This document shows, one piece after another, positions 33,433 to 43,929 of a DNA stretch of 64,000 bases. This DNA comes from a virus (Duplodnaviria > Caudoviricetes): positions 12,301 through 76,300 of IMG/VR virus record IMGVR_UViG_3300025723_000026. The stretch is one strand, 5' to 3'. Position 1 is the first letter of the stretch, and the number at the start of each line of letters is the position of its first letter. The notes beneath the pieces were generated by a model, which saw only the letters and a list, made by a program, of their open reading frames with translations, made no database searches and was not told the DNA's origin. Both the position numbers and the translations under genes were made by a program.

Positions 33433-35217
33433 ATGCCTAATAATATTAATGCATTACCATCTTCTGGTCCTATCTCTCTACAAGATATAGCGAACGCGTT
33501 CTATTTATATAAATCATATTCAGATGGTGGTTCTGTTGATCTTTCCGTATATTATGGAGACAATATACGGAAATATAATTCACCATCTGGGCCTAATATA
33601 CCGTTCCTATCAACGTATTCGCCGTCTGCTCCACCAATTGCTACATCATTTACAAAAAAACTTGATGTTGACCCTTTTCATGGTAAGCGTTTTACGTTTC
33701 CTATTAATCTTATTGTCAATACCCCGATTAAAAACTATAACGTTTATGATCAAGCAGCACTTTCAGCAAAAAATGCATATGGGTTTAATTTAAACACACC
33801 TGGTATTCCGTTTAATATTACTGTAATAAACAATAGTACTATATCATCATCTGCAACAACAGGACCTGGTATAACACCAGGATCATATTCCGTGTCAACA
33901 CCAGGTACTACATATACTTGGACAATACCAGCTAATACAACATCAGTAAATATACTCGTTGCCGGCGCCGGTGGTGGTGGCGGCGGTGGTGGCGGTGTCA
34001 GTGGCGCTGTTGGAGGCGGTGGTGGTGGCGGTGGTGGTGTTATAGTTACAAACAATATTCCTGTTATACCGGGTATGCCTGTAACTATAACTGTAGGTAA
34101 GGGGGGTCAAGCAGGTACATTTACTACTCAAGGAGATTCAGGTGGTACCTCAACACTTACAATAGGTACTAGTAGTTTTAGTGCGTTAGGCGGTGGAGGT
34201 GGTTACCCAGCTCCTAATGGACCAGGTGGTAACTACGGAGGACCAGGTGGTGCAACAGGTGGAACCGGTACTACTAAAGGAGGATCAGGTGGACTCTCAC
34301 TTACATCTCCAGCTGGCACTGGTGGTGCTGGTGGAGGTGGTAATGGAAGCGGTGGTTGGACAGCAGATGGTATACCAGGTAATAATGGCATTATCACTAT
34401 TACTTGGGCCAATGTAAATAGTAACACAACTAACACCCTAGGTACAGCTGCAATGGTTATTGGTACAAGTTCTGATGGATCAAAAGTATTCAATCAAAAT
34501 ACAATTGCATGTTTTATTAACGGTAATAGTGGCACCATAGTAGGTGCTGCAGATACGTCTCCAGTAGTGACTTGTACTGGAGCAGGTAGTTTTTACGTGA
34601 ATCAAGGTGAAGCAAACATATGTTATAAACTATTAGGGGGAGGAGGCCAGGGCGGACATGGAGGCGCTGCTGATCACCATGTTGGTCAAGGTCAACATGG
34701 TGGAACGGGCGGTTGTATAACCGGTTCTGTATCCGTTAAACAGGGCGATCTTGTATGTTACGGGGGGGGAAGCGGTGGTACAGGTGGTAGTTATGTTGGT
34801 ATCGATGGAAGTCCGGCTGTGCTCTGTATCAACGGTAATGTAGCAGCTTGTGCCCCTGGAGGGGGAGGTGGCGGAGGTTACGGTACTGATGGTCAAACGT
34901 ATTACGCAGGTAGTAATGGGGTTTCATATAGTGGTGGAGGATGTGGAGGCAGCTATGGTGGTTATACTGATGGAAATTGGAGTGGTCACTGCGGGGGCAG
35001 CGGTTACCCTGGTAGTGCTACAGTGTGTTATCAACCAAACCTACCAGGAGGACCAGCACTCTACCTTACGAAAAAAACAAGTATTACAAACAACGGTAAT
35101 ATAATTGGTGGATCGAGTTCAATCGGTACAGTAGGTGCTGGTAATGCTATTATCGGTTGTTCCTGTATAGATGGTACAATACAGGGTAGTGGTAAGATTT
35201 ACGGCCATCAGATATAG
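33433..35217 (+). CDS. Glycine-rich structural / tail-associated protein
   Basis: Poly-Gly V.GAGGGGG domains; N-terminal LPSSGPISL.DI motif. Confidence 0.75.
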   Translation: MPNNINALPSSGPISLQDIANAFYLYKSYSDGGSVDLSVYYGDNIRKYNSPSGPNIPFLSTYSPSAPPIATSFTKKLDVDPFHGKRFTFPINLIVNTPIKNYNVYDQAALSAKNAYGFNLNTPGIPFNITVINNSTISSSATTGPGITPGSYSVSTPGTTYTWTIPANTTSVNILVAGAGGGGGGGGGVSGAVGGGGGGGGGVIVTNNIPVIPGMPVTITVGKGGQAGTFTTQGDSGGTSTLTIGTSSFSALGGGGGYPAPNGPGGNYGGPGGATGGTGTTKGGSGGLSLTSPAGTGGAGGGGNGSGGWTADGIPGNNGIITITWANVNSNTTNTLGTAAMVIGTSSDGSKVFNQNTIACFINGNSGTIVGAADTSPVVTCTGAGSFYVNQGEANICYKLLGGGGQGGHGGAADHHVGQGQHGGTGGCITGSVSVKQGDLVCYGGGSGGTGGSYVGIDGSPAVLCINGNVAACAPGGGGGGGYGTDGQTYYAGSNGVSYSGGGCGGSYGGYTDGNWSGHCGGSGYPGSATVCYQPNLPGGPALYLTKKTSITNNGNIIGGSSSIGTVGAGNAIIGCSCIDGTIQGSGKIYGHQI

Positions 35218-35255
35218 ATCTCGCACAGGTCAATATATAAATACTAATAAGATAT

Positions 35256-37208
35256 ATGTCACTTAATTTATTAGATAATGCTTATGTTATTGGTACACTT
35301 AGCGCTTCGTCGGATGTAGCTACATCTGGAAGATTTCTCTCCGGTGGTGTCGATATAAGCTCGATTATAAGCGCTATTAACATCAGTCCGTATTCTTATA
35401 AATTAAGTACATCATCTATACAGACATTATATAACAGTAATAATGCTTTAGGTCAATTTTCTGTATCTACAGGTGGTAGCAACAATACAACCACCGGAGC
35501 ATATTCTTTTATTGCTGGTGGGTCTGCTAATTATACAAATTATACTAATACTTTTATCTTAGGAACTGGTTTAAGCGCTTCTAAAGCTAATACAACATTT
35601 GTTAATAATTTAAGCACTCCCGGTACTATAACAGCAGGCATTGTAAGTGCAACCGGAAGTATTTATGCTGGTGGAAACGGTGGTATATTTTATGGTGATG
35701 CTGCAATTCTTGCTCTACGTCCACCAGTTGCTACAGCTCCTAATGGTGCAACATTTTTTCAAGATAATGTAGGTAGTATTACCACAATGTATGTTGACAG
35801 TAATACTAATTACCGTGTCGGTATTGGCACTGTTACACCCAATCAGTTATTAACTGTTGCTGGTAATATTAGTGCGGCTGGTAATTTTTTTACTTCAGCA
35901 GCAACAATTACATCTAACAACTCAGCTACTAATGCTTTTAATACTAGTCTTTTAACTATAGTAGGCGCTGCTAGTGGTTCTGTATTTGAGTCATTGCAAA
36001 ATACTGTAGCAGGGGTTAGTGCAAGTACAGATATATCTATATATAACGATTTAAACAATTATATTGATTTAGGTATTAATAGTTCTAAGTATAATGGTAA
36101 TTTGTATGGACCAGCCTTTAACGTTGTAGGTCCTGGAGACGGTTATCTCTATACAACTAATAACAATTTAGCTCTTGGTACAGCAGGTACTACAGGTAAT
36201 GTCAGTATCTTTACTGGAGGTACATTGTCTGGTTCTAATATAAGAGCTAATTTTACAAATGCAGGGTTAACTGTTAATGGTTATATAAGTGCATCCGGGG
36301 CTGTTTTTTATAATTCAAATTTTAATACAACTAATTTCACAACTAATGGTACTTATATTGTACCAGCTACCGCTTCTTTCGTAAGAATTCAATGTATTGG
36401 TGGTGGTGGAGGCGGTGGAGGCGGATCAGCTAATATAGCAGGGACATCTCACTACGGTGGTGCCGGTGGTGGTGGTGGTGGTTATGTTGATATAACAATA
36501 CCTGCAAGCCAATTAACCTCAACTAATTTAACTATTGGAGTTGGAACTAGTGGAGCTGGTGGAGCTGGCGTTGGACTTACAACTGTAGCTACAGCAGGTA
36601 CTACCGGTTCAGATGGATTATCTAGCTATGTTGCATATACCGCATCTGGTATAAAAATAGCTCTCGCGCCTGGTGGAAGGGGAGGACGCTCTTCGTTAGC
36701 GTCAACAGCTATAATTGGTGGTGGCGGTGGTGGAGGAAATGGAGGAAATGGGGGTTCTGCCGTTCAAGCATCTGAAACCGGTCTTCCTGGAGGAGATTCT
36801 ATGTATGGCGGCGGTGGGGGTGGTGCTGGTGGAGGAACCTTAACTAGTAACAATGGATTAGCTGGAGGAATCGCGTATCCTGGTGGATCTGCTGGTGGTA
36901 ATATAACAAACTCTACAGGAGGTACAGCCGGTACATCTGGTATTGCAGGTGGAGCAGGTGGAGCAGGTTCTGCGTCAGTTGCCTTCTCGACTAATGGTAT
37001 AATTTTTGGTGGTACAGGTGGTGGCGGTGGGGGAGGTAGTTATGGTGGAGCAACTGCTTCTGCAGGTGGCAATGGTGGTGTTGGAGCTTTATATGGTGGT
37101 GGTGGAGGAGGAGGTGGATCCGGTACAGCAGGCACAGCACCACAACAAGCAGCTGGTGGAGCAGGTGGTAATGGAGCAAACGGATACGTAAGAATAACAG
37201 TTTATTAA
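35256..37208 (+). CDS. Glycine-rich tail fibre-like protein
   Basis: FTTNGTYIVP..A.FVRIQCIGGGGGGG...GANGYVRIT glycine-rich domain; shares modules with 30508 and 38313. Confidence 0.75.
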   Translation: MSLNLLDNAYVIGTLSASSDVATSGRFLSGGVDISSIISAINISPYSYKLSTSSIQTLYNSNNALGQFSVSTGGSNNTTTGAYSFIAGGSANYTNYTNTFILGTGLSASKANTTFVNNLSTPGTITAGIVSATGSIYAGGNGGIFYGDAAILALRPPVATAPNGATFFQDNVGSITTMYVDSNTNYRVGIGTVTPNQLLTVAGNISAAGNFFTSAATITSNNSATNAFNTSLLTIVGAASGSVFESLQNTVAGVSASTDISIYNDLNNYIDLGINSSKYNGNLYGPAFNVVGPGDGYLYTTNNNLALGTAGTTGNVSIFTGGTLSGSNIRANFTNAGLTVNGYISASGAVFYNSNFNTTNFTTNGTYIVPATASFVRIQCIGGGGGGGGGSANIAGTSHYGGAGGGGGGYVDITIPASQLTSTNLTIGVGTSGAGGAGVGLTTVATAGTTGSDGLSSYVAYTASGIKIALAPGGRGGRSSLASTAIIGGGGGGGNGGNGGSAVQASETGLPGGDSMYGGGGGGAGGGTLTSNNGLAGGIAYPGGSAGGNITNSTGGTAGTSGIAGGAGGAGSASVAFSTNGIIFGGTGGGGGGGSYGGATASAGGNGGVGALYGGGGGGGGSGTAGTAPQQAAGGAGGNGANGYVRITVY

Positions 37209-37228
37209 AATAACTAATATTAACACTG

Positions 37229-38269
37229 ATGTATACACTGCCTCCAAATACTGTTGCGGGTTCAATTATATTTTCACCACAACATCTTGGTATACCACAA
37301 TATCTTGACGTATCGAGAGATATTGTAATTTCATTTGATTACGCTTGCTATGGGCCAACGGTAAGCGGTAGTGAAGGTTTTTGTGTATTTTTTGGAGATA
37401 CTTTCAATCCAGCTATCTATGGCGGTGGTCCAGGACCAGGATTAGCGTATAGTTCCGTGTATTCTGTTGATCCTAGTCAGGTAACACCTACGGTACCAGG
37501 GTTAAGTGGGTTGACATGCGGTGTATTAGGTGTTGGTTTTGATATAACGGGTAATTTTGGTTGCAGTGCTTATTCAAGCTCTGGTTACATTGACCGAGTT
37601 CAAAACTCTATTGCTTTGCGCTCTTCCTATAATAGCGATTTTAATATTATAACAAGAACTCTCAATTTAAATGATACGTCGTTTACAAAAAATATCAATC
37701 TCTACCAGCAAGTAACAGGGAGTGACGTCCCGGTCTTTAAACGTGTACGTGTTAGATTAACAGACTTCGGGCAGCGTATCGTTGTTGACATGAAATTATT
37801 GGATGATTTGTATTTTACAAACTACTTAGATTATAATTTTGCTAATTATAATAATTCACTTTTATCAAGTACAGTTACTGTATTCGGTATACCATTGAGT
37901 ACAATACCAGTCGCTTTCCCGTCTACAGTTAGATGTGGATTAGGTTTTTCAACAGGACAAGACACAACTACTACCTTTAAAATTAAAAACTTTAATACAA
38001 ATGGTTCATTTACCACAGCATATGCTTCTGGTACATACATGTATGATGTTGATACTACGACATTGAGTGCAATTAGAACATATCTTGATACAGCTGCACC
38101 GTACTTCTATCAAGGGGACAGGTTTAATATATTTAATTATGACCCCGATACCACAAATCCTATTGTTACAGGTGGTAACCCACTTATTGTTGCAGGTACA
38201 AATGGTGTTGACATTGGTGCGCCTTATGTTCCGGGTGATAACTATGTAGTTATTACTGAACATTATTAA
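37229..38269 (+). CDS. L-type (legume-like) lectin domain protein
   Basis: ISFDY...GSEGFCVFF...GGGPG.GLAY...LGVGFD..GNF. Confidence 0.7.
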   Translation: MYTLPPNTVAGSIIFSPQHLGIPQYLDVSRDIVISFDYACYGPTVSGSEGFCVFFGDTFNPAIYGGGPGPGLAYSSVYSVDPSQVTPTVPGLSGLTCGVLGVGFDITGNFGCSAYSSSGYIDRVQNSIALRSSYNSDFNIITRTLNLNDTSFTKNINLYQQVTGSDVPVFKRVRVRLTDFGQRIVVDMKLLDDLYFTNYLDYNFANYNNSLLSSTVTVFGIPLSTIPVAFPSTVRCGLGFSTGQDTTTTFKIKNFNTNGSFTTAYASGTYMYDVDTTTLSAIRTYLDTAAPYFYQGDRFNIFNYDPDTTNPIVTGGNPLIVAGTNGVDIGAPYVPGDNYVVITEHY

Positions 38270-38312
38270 GGAAGCTTAAAAAACAAATACTAAGGAATAA
38301 ATAATCATAGTC

Positions 38313-40973
38313 ATGTCTAATATTGCAGCTACTCTCTCATTAAACGTTCCTGCTATTACTGCCCTCTGCAAGGGTCCGAGAGGGAGCCTGTTCTACGCTG
38401 CATCAGGTCTACCAACAAATCCAAATAATATTTATAGCGGTACTGTCGGTGTGTCCGGTGATTATTATATTGATACATCAACGAGCTTACTATATGGTCC
38501 GTTCGGTGCAACATGGCCGACGACGCCTCTTTTTGCTTTAAATCTACCTGTTAGTGCTTATCCAATTCAAATTATTCCAGGTACAACCTCACTTGTTATA
38601 CCTACATACGGGTCAAATTCCATATCTCAACCAAGCTCATATGTTACTATTCTCGGTGGCTTTAATAATTCTATAACTGGTCTTAATTCTTTTGTTTTAG
38701 GATCGAATATTACTGCAGCTGTTACCGGCTTTACATTATTAAACAATCTTTCATCAACCGGTACTATTTTTGCTAGCGCGGGTAACAGCAATCAATGGTA
38801 TAATACCTATACCGCTGTTTCACCTAATAGTGGTAACTGGTTTTCAACTTATACATCTGTAGGTAGTAATAGTGGTAACTGGAATAGCACTTATACATCT
38901 GTAGGTAGTAATAGTGGTAACTGGAATAATACCTATTCTTCTGTTTTTGCTAATAGTGGCTGTTGGTCTAGTGCTTATTCTCTAGTTAGTGCCGTTGGGT
39001 ATCAAACATACTATGCAAATAATTCTTGCGCTATTCTACCATTTCAACAAACAAATTTTGCTACAGGAACAGCGAGCAATATTGGCGGTGGTAATTGCAA
39101 TAATGTTTCAGGTTGTTTTTCAGGTATTTTAAATGGTGTTTGTAATACAGCATCCGGTAATTATAGTAATATCACAGGTGGCTTTAGTAGTAATGCCATA
39201 GCTAATTATTCAAATGTGGCTGGTGGTGTAAAAAATACAGCATCTGGTTACGGCTCTACCATAGGTGGTGGTATATACAATATTGCTTGTGGTTATAATG
39301 CTGCTGTAGCGGCTGGTGCATATAATTGTTCAAATTGTTGTAGTACCTTTATCGGCGGTGGTAAGTATAATACAGCGTCCGGTATTCGTTCTGCTGTTGT
39401 AGCAGGTCAAAATAATACAGCTTCCGGTCATTACTCTTATATAGCAGCTGGTTCAGCTAACGACACAAAAGGATATGCTAATACCTTTATCTTAGGTACA
39501 GGATTAAGCGCAACACAAGCTAATTACACATACATCAATAACTTAAGTGTACAAGGTAGTATAAGTGTTAATGGTGGTATTAATACTGGCGGTACCGGTG
39601 GCGCTACATTTAATTCATTGGGTGTTACAAATAATGCTACTGTAGGTGGTACATTGAGTAGTGTTGGTGCTGCTACACTAAATTCGCTAAACGTTACCAA
39701 CAGCGCTACTGTCAGTGGTACATTAAAGGTTGCAGGTGCTTCTACTCTTGCTTCATTAGGTGTAACAAATAATGCTACAGTAGGTGGTACATTAGGTGTA
39801 ACAAGTAATGCTACAGTAGGTGGTACATTAGGTGTAACAAGTAATGCTACAGTAGGTGGTACATTAGGTGTAACAAGTAATGCTACAGTAGGTGGTAGTG
39901 CAACTATTACAGGTAGTGTTGGAATTGGAAGTTCAGGTTCATCAAAATTGAATATATCAAGAAATGTAGGAAACTCATCAACTGCTGATATACATACAAC
40001 AGATGGTACCCAGTGGATTGATATTAATAGTAATCAGTCTGTAGGGTCATGGAATCCTTTAACACAAAATAACGATGCTTCAGTAATTTATTCCGCTGGT
40101 ACAATTGACAATGCAAGCAGTGCTCTTGTCATTGGTCCGCACGCTTCAACAGCAAAAGGTATAAGAATAGATAATAACGGTAACGTTGGTATTGGCATTG
40201 CAGTACCAAATTCTAAGTTAACTGTAGCAGGTACAATTTCTGCGACAACAGCAGTATATGCAAACGGCTATTTGTTAGGTTCTGGAAGTGCCAATTCTCT
40301 CCCACTCTCTGGTGGTACGTTAACAGGCGGTCTTTCAGCTCCTTCTTTAAGTGCAAACAGCATTTATAGTATTGGAAACCAAACAGTAATGACCGATGGT
40401 AGTAATACCACTGGAGCCGGTGCTGGTACTATTTCAATAAATTACCAGAATGGTGCATATATTGGATCAAACGGTTCAGGTGCTTTATATGCTTTAGGTG
40501 TATCAAGATACGGTGCTTATCTTGTAGCAAACGGTACTGCCTTCGGTCCAACAGGAGCTGCTTATTTTACGGCAGCGCCGACAGATACGCTTGTATCAAA
40601 TGGTGTGTATGAATACGAAGCACAGCTTACATTTCAAAAAACCACATCTGCTACTGTTACTACATCTCTTGTTCCGAGTGTGGCGGCAGGTACCAGTATT
40701 GCAGCTGGTATAATGTTGTTTAGCTTTCCATCTTATTCAGGAACGACAACATTATCTCAGACTATAAGTACTAACGCAATTGTAACAAATAATATAACCC
40801 CGTACGTTTTAGGCGTTACACCAACGCTTATAAGCGGTAACTATATGATGAAAATTAAAGGTATGATTGTATCACCAGCTGGTGGAACGACTATACAGTT
40901 AAATATGAGCTGTGGTGCCGGTACGATTACTCCTCTTGCTGGTAGTTATAGAAAACTTACTAGAATTGCTTAA
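38313..40973 (+). CDS. Tail fibre / adhesin-like protein
   Basis: GGxxN repeats, NSGNW helical repeats, NATVGGTLGVTS repeats. Confidence 0.75.
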   Translation: MSNIAATLSLNVPAITALCKGPRGSLFYAASGLPTNPNNIYSGTVGVSGDYYIDTSTSLLYGPFGATWPTTPLFALNLPVSAYPIQIIPGTTSLVIPTYGSNSISQPSSYVTILGGFNNSITGLNSFVLGSNITAAVTGFTLLNNLSSTGTIFASAGNSNQWYNTYTAVSPNSGNWFSTYTSVGSNSGNWNSTYTSVGSNSGNWNNTYSSVFANSGCWSSAYSLVSAVGYQTYYANNSCAILPFQQTNFATGTASNIGGGNCNNVSGCFSGILNGVCNTASGNYSNITGGFSSNAIANYSNVAGGVKNTASGYGSTIGGGIYNIACGYNAAVAAGAYNCSNCCSTFIGGGKYNTASGIRSAVVAGQNNTASGHYSYIAAGSANDTKGYANTFILGTGLSATQANYTYINNLSVQGSISVNGGINTGGTGGATFNSLGVTNNATVGGTLSSVGAATLNSLNVTNSATVSGTLKVAGASTLASLGVTNNATVGGTLGVTSNATVGGTLGVTSNATVGGTLGVTSNATVGGSATITGSVGIGSSGSSKLNISRNVGNSSTADIHTTDGTQWIDINSNQSVGSWNPLTQNNDASVIYSAGTIDNASSALVIGPHASTAKGIRIDNNGNVGIGIAVPNSKLTVAGTISATTAVYANGYLLGSGSANSLPLSGGTLTGGLSAPSLSANSIYSIGNQTVMTDGSNTTGAGAGTISINYQNGAYIGSNGSGALYALGVSRYGAYLVANGTAFGPTGAAYFTAAPTDTLVSNGVYEYEAQLTFQKTTSATVTTSLVPSVAAGTSIAAGIMLFSFPSYSGTTTLSQTISTNAIVTNNITPYVLGVTPTLISGNYMMKIKGMIVSPAGGTTIQLNMSCGAGTITPLAGSYRKLTRIA
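39771..39896 (+). repeat. 36-bp tandem repeat, 3.5 copies (NATVGGTLGVTS)
   Basis: aatgctacagtaggtggtacattaggtgtaacaagt repeated exactly. Confidence 0.92.
39996..40138 (+). repeat. 143-bp dispersed direct repeat, copy 1 (copy 2 at 50586-50728)
   Basis: Two mismatches between copies by manual comparison. Confidence 0.92.
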
Positions 40974-40985
40974 TTATTATTAGCA

Positions 40986-42101
40986 ATGTCTAATTCTCTA
41001 CAAATTTTAAATTCTCTTACATATACAGGGACATCTAACTTTAGTGCAGCTAAAATAATTAGCTCTAAAAACGGGAGCGATTATCTAAATCATGCAATAA
41101 GCTCCTGGAATACTATATCACCGCCTTTAACCAGTCTTGGTCGTTTTACTTGGTCACAAGTTGAATTTGTAAATGATAAATTTTTTACGACAGTTACCGG
41201 TAAACCTTCAGCCGCATGGTCATATGATGGTAAAAATTGGAATTCTATAACAGTTCCAATGACTGCACTTAAAGACGGTATTGCGTACGGTGGTGGCATG
41301 TATACTGGTTTATCTAATTTTCAAGGTGCTACTACTTACATGACACCAGAGTCGTACTATTCCACCGACGGTATAAATTGGTCTATAAACAATTCTTACA
41401 ATACTCCAATAGTTCAGTTAAACTGGGCAACACCTGTATACGGTGTAGTAAATGGTACAGGTATATTTGTATCGGTTGGTGGATCAAATACTTCTGGCTA
41501 TGGTGCGTATTCATACGATGGAATAAATTGGACATTTAATACATCATTTGCCGGTGGTGGTGGTAATAGTATAGCATATGGTATAGTAAACGGTCAGGGT
41601 ATATTTGTAACTGTTCCGCCTCATTCAGCAACGTATTTCATGTATTCAACAGACGGTGTAACTTGGAAACAGGGTAATAGCTTTACTTCATTAGGTAACA
41701 GTTGGAGTTCTGTTACATACGGTTATAATGATGTCGGTACACCGATGTTTGTAGCTGTATCTAATAGTACGACAGGTTACCCAGCGAATGTTTTGTATTC
41801 TTATGATGGTAAAAATTGGGCATACGGTAGTATTCCTGATTATTACTGGATAAATGTAATATATACACCTAACGGACTCTTTATAGCTACAGCGACTACA
41901 TCTACAGCATATGGTATTTATGCTTATTCCTACGATGGTATAACATTTAATACAGCACCGTACATTACAGCTAGCTACATTTTGCCAAAAATAGCTTACG
42001 GTAATGGTGTAGTTGTTGCAGCACCATATTATGGTGCCGCTAACCAATTTGCCTACGCAACACTACCTGTAATTACTAGTACAGGCATATTAACACATTA
42101 A
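40986..42101 (+). CDS. Beta-propeller protein with BNR/Asp-box-like repeats
   Basis: Repeated (Y/W)S.DG.(N/T)W motifs and IAYG. Confidence 0.75.
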   Translation: MSNSLQILNSLTYTGTSNFSAAKIISSKNGSDYLNHAISSWNTISPPLTSLGRFTWSQVEFVNDKFFTTVTGKPSAAWSYDGKNWNSITVPMTALKDGIAYGGGMYTGLSNFQGATTYMTPESYYSTDGINWSINNSYNTPIVQLNWATPVYGVVNGTGIFVSVGGSNTSGYGAYSYDGINWTFNTSFAGGGGNSIAYGIVNGQGIFVTVPPHSATYFMYSTDGVTWKQGNSFTSLGNSWSSVTYGYNDVGTPMFVAVSNSTTGYPANVLYSYDGKNWAYGSIPDYYWINVIYTPNGLFIATATTSTAYGIYAYSYDGITFNTAPYITASYILPKIAYGNGVVVAAPYYGAANQFAYATLPVITSTGILTH

Positions 42102-42174
42102 ACTCAATACTAGCTACTAGAGAAAAATAAAACCGAAGACTTGTAGCTGAATTAAGTTGTATTAAATAATTACT

Positions 42175-43899
42175 GTGAAGTCATACACTGTTACATTACA
42201 AAGTTATGTACCTTATGGGCTACCAGCTGTTCTAGATGGTGGATTTCATTATAATGGTAGCCAATATGATCCTATTGGAAATGGATATTATTATCTATCA
42301 GGTGCTGATGGTGATGCTAATCCTTATACAGGTTTTTTTCCAACCGATAGCTATACAGGAGCTATTACAGCTGATGATCAACAATTTAAACCATGGAGCT
42401 ACCACGCACAAGATGTATTTGTTGATATACCTGTAGGTCCACTTAAAGGACCATATACAATTAACTTTGATCCTTCAGGTTTATATACACCGTACGTAGA
42501 TATTCTCAAGATAGCATACGATTTCGGAGATGGTTCATCGGTATACGTGGTTAATAACAGCATTAACGCTTTACAGAATTATAATCAAAATACGCAAGGC
42601 GAACCACTATCAGCTGTTACACCGGCTGCAAATATTGTTAGTCATGATTATTACCCACAAAATGATTATCAGATAACGACGTTTACACCTAGCGTTACAG
42701 CGTATTATAGTAATGTTTCTCGCTGGATTTATAATATTAGTATATCATCGGCACCGATTTCAATTTATGAATTTGATGATATACATCTCATTAGCGCTAC
42801 GCAGCAGTTGACAGCTATTGAAACACAAAATATATTTGAGGTCGAGAGTCCTGACTACCTAACCGTTGCAAGAGTAGTAAGTGCAGTTGATGCTAATTAT
42901 TCTACTGTTATACCATTTGATCCCAATACATCAGTATTAAGTTATGACCTTATTACTTGGCTTGATGCGTCAGATGGTTCAACACTTGGCAGAGACTCTA
43001 ATGATAGAGTCTTTATTTGGTATGATAAGAGTTCTTATCAAAATAATTATTTCTGTAATGCTAGTGACGGTTCGGATGCACCGGTGTTTTTAACGCCAAG
43101 AGAGAGTCAATCTAAAAGAAAGTGCGTACACTTTCAAGCAAAGCCAATAAATGGTGGACCGGGTCAGTATCTTTACGCATTACCTATAGGACCTGGTCCG
43201 AACGGATCTGCTGGCGGTTATGTTGATAATATTTTTTATACATACGGGCAAGGCTTTACAGTATTTGCCGTAATGAAATTAAATCAAATCGGAAGCCATG
43301 ATACACTCTTTGCATATGATTTAAATACTAATGAACAGGCCTATAACAACGATCCTGCTCAATTAGCATTAGGTAACGGTCAGAACTACCTACCATATCT
43401 TAATATATCTTTTACTAATAACAATTCTATTACAATAGAACAGGGTGATACAAGTTATTATTTCGGAACAAGTGCATACGATTCAAATAATGGTATATAC
43501 AATCCTACAACAACAGGTACAATATCTCAAAATCTACTAAATTATAGCTTGTTTTCTACAACCATTAGCGGTAATCAAAATGCAACAGCATATATTACTG
43601 CAGATACAGCAGTAATTCAAAGAAAAAAACAAAATTATCAAAACTCATACACAACATTAAGTGCGTTTCTTTCTGGTGGTTATAATGTAGCGACAGGAAA
43701 AACTATTCCACCTGGACAGTATGACTACAATCTTGTTTACGGTCTTTTAGGTACTAGTGATGCGTATTTTAATAGTTTCTTAACAGATGCTGAAATTTCT
43801 GAATTCATGATATATGATAGACCGCTAAATCCGAATGAAATTGCATCTGTACAGGCATATCTTATTAATAAGTGGGGATTAACATTACAAACGAACTAG
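42175..43899 (+). CDS. Structural protein with PKD-like and LamG/ConA-like domains
   Basis: YDFGDG; WLDASD...W.DKS; EISE..IYDR.L....I..V..YL..KWG. Confidence 0.72.
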   Translation: MKSYTVTLQSYVPYGLPAVLDGGFHYNGSQYDPIGNGYYYLSGADGDANPYTGFFPTDSYTGAITADDQQFKPWSYHAQDVFVDIPVGPLKGPYTINFDPSGLYTPYVDILKIAYDFGDGSSVYVVNNSINALQNYNQNTQGEPLSAVTPAANIVSHDYYPQNDYQITTFTPSVTAYYSNVSRWIYNISISSAPISIYEFDDIHLISATQQLTAIETQNIFEVESPDYLTVARVVSAVDANYSTVIPFDPNTSVLSYDLITWLDASDGSTLGRDSNDRVFIWYDKSSYQNNYFCNASDGSDAPVFLTPRESQSKRKCVHFQAKPINGGPGQYLYALPIGPGPNGSAGGYVDNIFYTYGQGFTVFAVMKLNQIGSHDTLFAYDLNTNEQAYNNDPAQLALGNGQNYLPYLNISFTNNNSITIEQGDTSYYFGTSAYDSNNGIYNPTTTGTISQNLLNYSLFSTTISGNQNATAYITADTAVIQRKKQNYQNSYTTLSAFLSGGYNVATGKTIPPGQYDYNLVYGLLGTSDAYFNSFLTDAEISEFMIYDRPLNPNEIASVQAYLINKWGLTLQTN

Positions 43900-43929
43900 C
43901 GTCTGTTTTAGTTTAAGATAAATAAAGAC

